DNA of 64,000 nucleotides from Acutalibacteraceae bacterium (lineage in GTDB: Bacteria > Bacillota > Clostridia > Oscillospirales > Acutalibacteraceae). The notes under the pieces were generated by a model. That model worked only from the letters and a program-made list of their open reading frames with translations, searched no databases and was not told the origin of the DNA. How positions within the stretch are numbered: position 1 is the stretch's first letter; each line of letters starts with the position of its first letter. The translations under genes and the position numbers were made by a program. Location of the stretch: positions 44,121 through 108,120 of the forward strand of contig JAZOAK010000023.1 of assembly GCA_045595445.1 (NCBI GenBank), read 5' to 3'. Shown in pieces: positions 58,457-64,000 of the stretch.

Positions 58457-58496
58457 AAAAGCCGCAAGGGAACGTGGTTCCCTTGCGGCTTTTTTG
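58457..58496 (+). terminator. Intrinsic terminator of abrB
   Basis: An 11-bp stem GCCGCAAGGGA/TCCCTTGCGGC followed by T6. Confidence 0.8.
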
Positions 58497-58552
58497 CGTA
58501 TGTTTTGTATCGCAAACGCATAGAGATGGTGGTAAGAAAGGTGTGATCGCCG

Positions 58553-59065
58553 ATGGAACCCAACAATTTTCGATCGATGATGGAACGATACAACCAAGAG
58601 CTGTTGAACATGCAACAACGTGCAGGGAATCCTCCCCCGCCTCCTACACCACCCGTGCCGCCTCCGCCCGCTTCGCCGACAGCCTTTACCGCACCTCTTA
58701 CCGTGCGAGTAACCTCGGCAAACGGGGCGATTCCGATTCCCGATGCACTGGTGATCATCACTCGCGAGGAAGACGGCGAAACAATCGTAGAAGCTTCTCG
58801 CATCACCAACGATAGCGGGCTTGCCGAGCCGGTCCTGCTACCTGCTGTTGACCCCACCCTGACACTGCAACCGGGAAACAACCTCCCGCGTATCGTATAC
58901 GAGGTAACCGTAGCAGCGCCCGACCATTACCGCGCACGCATCAGCGACATTCCGCTGTACGGCGGTATCCCGACAGAACTTCCGGTATCACTCGTCCCGC
59001 TGCCGGAATTTGCAAATGATCCACAGCAAGAGATGCGCTATGTCACGCCGCCTATCAATTTATAA
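58553..59065 (+). CDS. Pro-rich protein with a carboxypeptidase-regulatory-like beta-sandwich segment
   Basis: 170 aa. A PPPPPTPPVPPPP tract is followed by LTVRVTSANGAIPIPDALVIITREEDG..TNDSG. Confidence 0.6.
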   Translation: MEPNNFRSMMERYNQELLNMQQRAGNPPPPPTPPVPPPPASPTAFTAPLTVRVTSANGAIPIPDALVIITREEDGETIVEASRITNDSGLAEPVLLPAVDPTLTLQPGNNLPRIVYEVTVAAPDHYRARISDIPLYGGIPTELPVSLVPLPEFANDPQQEMRYVTPPINL

Positions 59066-59076
59066 GGAGAAATCGT

Positions 59077-60474
59077 ATGCCTGATTTACCGTTTGTTCCG
59101 GAGAATATCGTGGTACATTTAGGGACGCCGTCTGCGGATGCCCCAAACGTGACGGTATCCTTTCCGGAGTATATCAAGAACGTCGCGTCAAGTGAAATTT
59201 TTCCTACTTGGCCGGAAAGTGCGCTGCGCGCGAACATTTTGGCACAGATCTCGTTTGCGCTCAACCGCGTCTATACCGAATGGTATCCCAGCCGCGGGTA
59301 CGCTTTCGACATTACCAACAACACCGCGTTCGATCAATCGTTTGTGCCGGGACGCGATATTTTCGACAACATCAGCCTGCTGGTGGATGAGTTATTCAAC
59401 GATTACGTGCGCCGTCAAGGGTCGGTCGAGCCGTATTTCACACAGTATTGTAACGGCACCACCACCACCTGTGACGGTCTATCCCAATGGGGCACCGTGG
59501 AGCTCGCCAATCAGGGGTTAAATTCAGTGGAGATCCTGCGATTCTTTTACGGCAACGATATTGAAATCGTCGCCGACGCCCCCGTACGCAACAACCAGCC
59601 GTCGTATCCGGGTACACCGCTGCGTGTGGGATCCACCGGTAACGACGTGTTGGCAAAACAGATTCAATTGAACCGCATTTCTCGCAACTACCCCGCCATC
59701 CCGAAAATTGATACGGTAGATGGGGTTTTCGGAACCTCGACCGAGGATGCGGTCGTCACGTTTCAAGAGATTTTCGGATTGACGCCCGACGGTATTATCG
59801 GCAAGGAAACCTGGTACCGCATCGCGTTTTTATACAACAGCGTCAAGCGATTGGCGGAATTGGATTCAGAAGGCATCGCCTTAGAGGATGTCCGCAAGCA
59901 ATTTTCCGAGTTGTTGCGGCTCGGCGATACCGGTGATGAGGTGCGCGTGATCCAGTATTTTCTGGCAGTAGTCGGCACCTTTAACGATGCTGTGCCATCG
60001 GTTCCCATCAACGGCATTTTTGACGAAACCACACAAAATGCAGTCATCGCATTTCAGCAGTATGCGGGGCTTGCTGCCGATGGTATCGTCGGTGAGGAAA
60101 CGTGGGATCAATTATACGATGCCTATCGCGGCATCGTCGCCACCATCACGGTACCTGAAAATCGCGTGGCGCCGTATCCCGGCACCCCACTCACAAACGG
60201 TGCGCAAGGAGAATACGTCGTGTTCCTGCAAACCTATTTGAATCGCATTGCCGAAACCTATCCCGCCATTCCCACCGTCACGGCGGACGGCGTGTTCGGT
60301 GATGCCACAGAAGCAGCCGTGATCGCGTTTCAGCGTGAATTTGGATTATCGCCGAATGGGTTCGTGGGGCCACTCACGTGGGATCGTATTGCCGGTTTAT
60401 ATGAAGATCTTACTGTCGGCTCCGAAAAACAAGCAGGGCAATTCGGCGGGTATACCATGGCGGAGGAGGTATAG
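59077..60474 (+). CDS. Peptidoglycan-binding protein, SleC-like (conserved N-terminal domain plus 3 PG_binding_1 repeats)
   Basis: There are three repeats of the form DG.FG..T..AV..FQ...GL..DG.VG..TW. The N-terminal region YIKNVASSEIFPTWPESALRANILAQISFALNR resembles cortex-lytic-enzyme-annotated proteins as I recall them. Confidence 0.7.
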   Translation: MPDLPFVPENIVVHLGTPSADAPNVTVSFPEYIKNVASSEIFPTWPESALRANILAQISFALNRVYTEWYPSRGYAFDITNNTAFDQSFVPGRDIFDNISLLVDELFNDYVRRQGSVEPYFTQYCNGTTTTCDGLSQWGTVELANQGLNSVEILRFFYGNDIEIVADAPVRNNQPSYPGTPLRVGSTGNDVLAKQIQLNRISRNYPAIPKIDTVDGVFGTSTEDAVVTFQEIFGLTPDGIIGKETWYRIAFLYNSVKRLAELDSEGIALEDVRKQFSELLRLGDTGDEVRVIQYFLAVVGTFNDAVPSVPINGIFDETTQNAVIAFQQYAGLAADGIVGEETWDQLYDAYRGIVATITVPENRVAPYPGTPLTNGAQGEYVVFLQTYLNRIAETYPAIPTVTADGVFGDATEAAVIAFQREFGLSPNGFVGPLTWDRIAGLYEDLTVGSEKQAGQFGGYTMAEEV

Positions 60475-60477
60475 CGT

Positions 60478-60969
60478 ATGTATACAAACGATCAGCGGCG
60501 TGATCACGTCCGTGAACTGCAAGAATATCTGCGTGCACTCTCAGCAACCGACGAGCGCTATCCTCTACTGGGGGTGGATGGTTTGTTCGGACCTCAAACG
60601 ACCGAAGCGGTGCGAGTCTTTCAGCAAGCCACCAGCTCCCCCGTCACCGGCACGGTAGAGCGAGCCGATTGGGAACGCATCGTGCAAGAATACGGCAATC
60701 TTCTTTTGCAAACCGTACCGGCACGCAGCATCGCGCCCTTTCCCTATCCGGCTTTCGTATTAAAATTGGGGGACCGTGACCCGCTCATATATATTTTGCA
60801 AGTAATGCTCGGTGCAATCGGCAATCAACCGTTCGCCGTGACCGGTGCATACGATGCGGCTACCGAGAACGCAGTCCGTGAACAACAACTCGCCGCCGAT
60901 TTGTTACCCACAGGTGAGGTTGATCGTATTACGTGGGATTACCTGGCGGCGCTGTATAACGGTCGATGA
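60478..60969 (+). CDS. Peptidoglycan-binding domain protein (2 PG_binding_1 repeats)
   Basis: VDGLFGPQTTEAVRVFQ plus a second, degenerate repeat. Confidence 0.75.
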   Translation: MYTNDQRRDHVRELQEYLRALSATDERYPLLGVDGLFGPQTTEAVRVFQQATSSPVTGTVERADWERIVQEYGNLLLQTVPARSIAPFPYPAFVLKLGDRDPLIYILQVMLGAIGNQPFAVTGAYDAATENAVREQQLAADLLPTGEVDRITWDYLAALYNGR

Positions 60970-60972
60970 CGT

Positions 60973-62505
60973 ATGCGGCACAAAGTATTTGTTAAAAACG
61001 CCGCCGTATTGACCGTAACGTCACTGATCTTACGCACCATCGGCATCTTTTTTCGCATTTTTCTGTCGGGGAAGATCGGCGCAGAGGGCATGGGATTGTA
61101 TCAGCTCATCGTATCCATTTACGTGCTTGGTGCCACCTTTGCCACTTCGGGGATTTCCACCGCTGTCACTCGTCTTATCGCTGACGAACTGGTTTGCGGT
61201 ACAACTCAGTCGGTACGGCATATTCTGCGCCGTTCTATTTTGCTCAGCCTTCTTATCGGACTGTTCTCCACCGCGCTGATCTATTTCGGTGCAGAGTTTA
61301 TCAGCCTCTATTGGATTCGCGACGTGCGTGCCGTTAATGCTCTGCGTATGTTGGCGTTCAGCCTGCCGTCGATGGGCGTGTCCTCGTGCTTGCGCGGGTA
61401 TTTTATCGCTAGGCGCAAAGCGGCGGGAACCTCGTATGCACAACTGCTTGAACAGGTCGTTCGGATCGGCGTGATCGTAGTGCTGATTGATCGGTTTTCG
61501 TCGGCGGGCTTGGCAATGGCGTGTCTGGCGGTGATGATCGGTGACACGGTGGCGGAATGGACGTCGTGCGCGTTTTTAGCTATCCGCTGTCATCTGGACA
61601 AAAAGCGGATGCAGGCGGAACTGACGACGCGTGACAGCGTACGGCCGTCTGTTGTTCGGCGACTGCTGGCAATTGCGGCACCCATTACGGCAGGGCGATA
61701 TCTCAATACGATTCTACGCACCGTTGAGAATATTTTGGTGCCAAACAGTATCGCAAAATACAGCGGCTCACAAGAACGAGGGTTGTCGGAGTTCGGTGCC
61801 TTGAAAGGTATGGCCTTGCCGCTCATCTTTTTCCCCGCCTCGTTTTTATCGGCGCTGTCCACCTTGTTAATTCCCGAGATCTCTTCCGCGAACGCCCTGC
61901 ATCAACAAGGGAAGATCAACCGCGCCATCGAGCGCACCTTGCATCTGACATTACTCAGTTCCATTTTGATCGGTGCGGTGTTTTTTGCCTTTTCGGGGGA
62001 GATTGGCACGTTATTGTATAACAGTGAGGATGTTGGGCGGTATCTGCTGGTGTTGGCCCCGCTCACCCCTATCATGTACGCGGAAAGCATTGTGGACGGT
62101 ATTCTCAAAGGATTAAATCAACAAGTCAGTTCCTTAAAATATAGCATTGCCGATTCGGCAATCCGTATCGTCTTGATCGTTTTTATGGTCCCGCGATGGG
62201 GTATGAACGGATTTTTGCTGATTATGGTTATCAGCAACGTGTTGACCTCGTTCCTCAACACGCACCGTCTGTTAAGGGTAACGGGAGTCAAGTTGCAATG
62301 GGGACGCTGGATCGTACGACCGCTGCTCTCCGCGGCAACAGCAACGGTCCTTGCACAAGCCGTTACCCGACTGCCCATCTTTTTGACAACCGACGGAATA
62401 GTCGTCACGGTTTTGGGTATTCTGTGTTTAGGCGGGCTGTATAGCATGCTGCTGTCATTGCTTGGCTGTATTCGCGTTTCGGAGGTTCGTTCTGCCTTGT
62501 CATAA
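60973..62505 (+). CDS. spoVB: Stage V sporulation protein B / MOP-family flippase
   Basis: 510 aa with about 14 TM segments. The N-terminus FVKNAAVLTVTSLILRTIGIFFRIFLSGKIGAEGMGLYQL is SpoVB-like. Confidence 0.75.
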   Translation: MRHKVFVKNAAVLTVTSLILRTIGIFFRIFLSGKIGAEGMGLYQLIVSIYVLGATFATSGISTAVTRLIADELVCGTTQSVRHILRRSILLSLLIGLFSTALIYFGAEFISLYWIRDVRAVNALRMLAFSLPSMGVSSCLRGYFIARRKAAGTSYAQLLEQVVRIGVIVVLIDRFSSAGLAMACLAVMIGDTVAEWTSCAFLAIRCHLDKKRMQAELTTRDSVRPSVVRRLLAIAAPITAGRYLNTILRTVENILVPNSIAKYSGSQERGLSEFGALKGMALPLIFFPASFLSALSTLLIPEISSANALHQQGKINRAIERTLHLTLLSSILIGAVFFAFSGEIGTLLYNSEDVGRYLLVLAPLTPIMYAESIVDGILKGLNQQVSSLKYSIADSAIRIVLIVFMVPRWGMNGFLLIMVISNVLTSFLNTHRLLRVTGVKLQWGRWIVRPLLSAATATVLAQAVTRLPIFLTTDGIVVTVLGILCLGGLYSMLLSLLGCIRVSEVRSALS

Positions 62506-62532
62506 TTTTTTGAAATTTTTAGAAAATTTCCC

Positions 62533-62561
62533 TTGACAAGTGTCGGATGATAGTGTATGAT
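62533..62561 (+). promoter_or_regulatory. Sigma-A promoter of the tRNA cluster
   Basis: TTGACA, 17 nt, TATGAT, about 18 nt upstream of tRNA-Lys. Confidence 0.6.
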
Positions 62562-62579
62562 AGTCAAGCAGTTTGACGC

Positions 62580-62655
62580 GCACCATTAGCTCAGTTGGTA
62601 GAGCACCTGACTCTTAATCAGGGTGTCCAGGGTTCGAGTCCCTGATGGTGTACCA
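62580..62655 (+). tRNA. tRNA-Lys (anticodon CTT)
   Basis: Hand-folded. Acceptor GCACCAT/ATGGTGT; anticodon stem CCTGA/TCAGG; loop CTCTTAA; T arm CAGGG-TTCGAGT-CCCTG; CCA encoded. Confidence 0.9.
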
Positions 62656-62658
62656 TTC

Positions 62659-62734
62659 GGCCCGTTGGTCAAGTGGCCTAAGACTCCGGCCTCTCACGCC
62701 GGCAACACGAGTTCGAATCTCGTACGGGTCACCA
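62659..62734 (+). tRNA. tRNA-Glu (anticodon CTC)
   Basis: Acceptor GGCCCGT/ACGGGTC; anticodon stem CCGGC/GCCGG; loop CTCTCAC; T arm ACGAG-TTCGAAT-CTCGT; CCA encoded. Confidence 0.9.
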
Positions 62735-62769
62735 TGTATCCTGTGGGCTTAAAACTGTCCACAGAATAT

Positions 62770-62845
62770 GCCTACTTAGCTCAGTCGGTAGAGCATGCGG
62801 CTGTTAACCGCAGGGTCGTAGGTTCGAGCCCTACAGTAGGCGCCA
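62770..62845 (+). tRNA. tRNA-Asn (anticodon GTT)
   Basis: Acceptor GCCTACT/AGTAGGC; anticodon stem TGCGG/CCGCA; loop CTGTTAA; T arm GTAGG-TTCGAGC-CCTAC; CCA encoded. Confidence 0.9.
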
Positions 62846-62882
62846 AAAATCCCGAATGCGAAAGCGTTCGGGATTTTACTTT
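62846..62882 (+). terminator. Intrinsic terminator of the tRNA cluster
   Basis: A 14-bp stem AAAATCCCGAATGC/GCGTTCGGGATTTT with a GAAA loop and a T-rich tail. Confidence 0.75.
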
Positions 62883-62910
62883 TTCACTATTCACTTTTCA
62901 CTCTTCACTA
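62883..62910 (+). repeat. Four tandem heptads TTCACTN
   Basis: TTCACTA TTCACTT TTCACTC TTCACTA, read directly from the sequence. Confidence 0.9.
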
Positions 62911-62941
62911 AACTTCGCATTCGGGATTTTTGGAAAGTAAA

Positions 62942-62962
62942 AGGTAATAGTGAATAGTGAAG
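62942..62962 (-). repeat. Inverted partner heptads (2 good, 1 degenerate)
   Basis: AGGTAAT AGTGAAT AGTGAAG is the reverse complement of TTCACTN units. GTGAATAGTGAA is perfectly complementary to 62883-62894. Confidence 0.75.
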
Positions 62963-63033
62963 AGGTATTGTCCCTCCGTCGCTTTTATGCTATACAAGAA
63001 AACACGGTCGCCCCGAAGTTGACACACAACCCC

Positions 63034-63063
63034 TTGACCTTTCCCCGCTTGTTTTGATATAAT
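63034..63063 (+). promoter_or_regulatory. Sigma-A promoter with extended -10
   Basis: TTGACC, 18 nt, TATAAT, with TGA immediately upstream (TGnTATAAT). Confidence 0.55.
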
Positions 63064-63103
63064 GTAAAACGATTGAAAATCCGCACAGAAAAGAGGGACA
63101 ATA

Positions 63104-64000
63104 ATGGACAACGTAACGTTTGTGCGTATGCTGGAAGAGTTGAAAACGCTCGCTGTCAAGACGATCAACGATTCCACCTTTGAAAAGACGGTAACATATT
63201 TTGGTACCCAGAAAGAATCGCGCGTTTTGTTGCCATCCGGCGACGAAAAATACCGCAGTTTTTGGGTGCGTGATGCCGCGATGATGGCAGAAAGCGAACT
63301 TGTCCCTACGAAGGATCTCAAACGGTATATCGAGATTTTTGCCACGCACGCACAAAACGGTGCCGAAACGCGGCACTTGGAAAACGGATTGACCGTGCCG
63401 CCCTACGCAATCGCGGATCACGTCAATTACGACGGCGGCGCCGTGTTCTTTCCGGGCACTTACGCTTCGGGGAACAACCAAGGCAACGGAGCATACGGCT
63501 TTTTCCCTCCGTTTTGTGACAACTATTATTTCATCATGATGGTCGAGTGGTACGTAAACCAAAGCAGCGACCGCGCCATACTGGATACCGTCTATAACGG
63601 CATTCCGCTTGTACAACGACTGCAATACGCGTTCACAGGGTATAACGTTGATGGAGGCAGCGGCCTGTGCGTCAGCGATCCTGACAGCTTTACGGTAGAC
63701 TGGGGCTTTGTCGATACGATCAAAAAAAGCGGCAAGCTGTTGATGGCATCATTGTTACGCTATAACGCAGCAATGGCACTCTCTCGCTTGCTTACCGATA
63801 ACTCGTCGTATCTTACCGAAGCGCAGAGGATTAAAGCCGCCCTACTCAACACGTTTTACGACAGCAGTACCGGTTGGTTCTATTCCGCGACAGGAATCGG
63901 GCATCAGTACGACGTGTGGGCAACCGCGTATGCGGTATATTCCGGTGTAACGCGTGACACCAAAACCCTTAAAGCACTGTATGATGCCTATCAAGACAAA
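63104..64000 (+). CDS. Partial CDS (299 codons, continues past the window end); possible (alpha/alpha)6-barrel glycosidase-like protein
   Basis: The ATG at 63104 follows AAGAGGGA. I translated the whole stretch by hand and found no stop up to 64000. It is absent from the ORF track because no stop falls in the window. The SFWVRDAA motif is reminiscent of six-hairpin glycosidases. Confidence 0.7.
   Translation, partial: MDNVTFVRMLEELKTLAVKTINDSTFEKTVTYFGTQKESRVLLPSGDEKYRSFWVRDAAMMAESELVPTKDLKRYIEIFATHAQNGAETRHLENGLTVPPYAIADHVNYDGGAVFFPGTYASGNNQGNGAYGFFPPFCDNYYFIMMVEWYVNQSSDRAILDTVYNGIPLVQRLQYAFTGYNVDGGSGLCVSDPDSFTVDWGFVDTIKKSGKLLMASLLRYNAAMALSRLLTDNSSYLTEAQRIKAALLNTFYDSSTGWFYSATGIGHQYDVWATAYAVYSGVTRDTKTLKALYDAYQDK

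Noticed and set aside
62908-63625. Two overlapping minus-strand ORFs of 145 aa and 211 aa.
   Set aside because: They are antisense to the unlisted 299-codon forward frame, which has a promoter, an RBS and protein-like sequence. They also span the heptad and promoter region.

Overview
This is a chromosomal segment of a spore-forming Firmicute, class Clostridia. The taxon call rests on a CIRCE-groES-groEL unit, glgC-glgD-glgA, the yabO-yabP-yabQ-divIC-yabR block, spoVAC/spoVAD/spoVB, abrB and a GC-rich coding style. The window is gene dense and mostly housekeeping: dacB-type carboxypeptidase, prs, hflX, asnB, glycogen genes, glmM, the U32/zapA pair, groESL, HU, mtaD/PNP, the dtd-rel-recJ block, a tandem glycine riboswitch ahead of an alanine/glycine:cation symporter, and four tRNAs (Leu-GAG, and a Lys-CTT/Glu-CTC/Asn-GTT cluster). 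I saw no CRISPR array, rRNA, integrase or transposase. Eight things are not explained by ordinary annotation. (1) A promoter-to-terminator, ORF-free minus-strand unit at about 10.85-11.16 kb carries Shine-Dalgarno-like motifs and mini-ORFs. (2) An adjacent rod-shaped structured RNA candidate of about 200 nt (6S-like) sits at 11.62-11.83 kb. (3) A perfect 88-bp direct repeat duplicates the 3' end of tRNA-Leu plus its terminator. (4) The spoVA locus is broken up: spoVAC and spoVAD lie about 6 kb apart, separated by visibly AT-richer accessory genes, with a diverged spoVAC 3' fragment flanking a surface-protein gene. (5) A MazF toxin gene has no adjacent antitoxin. (6) A TTCACTN heptad array with crossing inverted repeats follows the tRNA cluster. 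(7) A cluster of peptidoglycan-binding, SleC-like genes lies next to spoVB. (8) NUDIX, CDF, RimK-like ATP-grasp and membrane-HTH genes form a tightly overlapped operon. All functional calls come from motif recognition by eye, and no database search was run.
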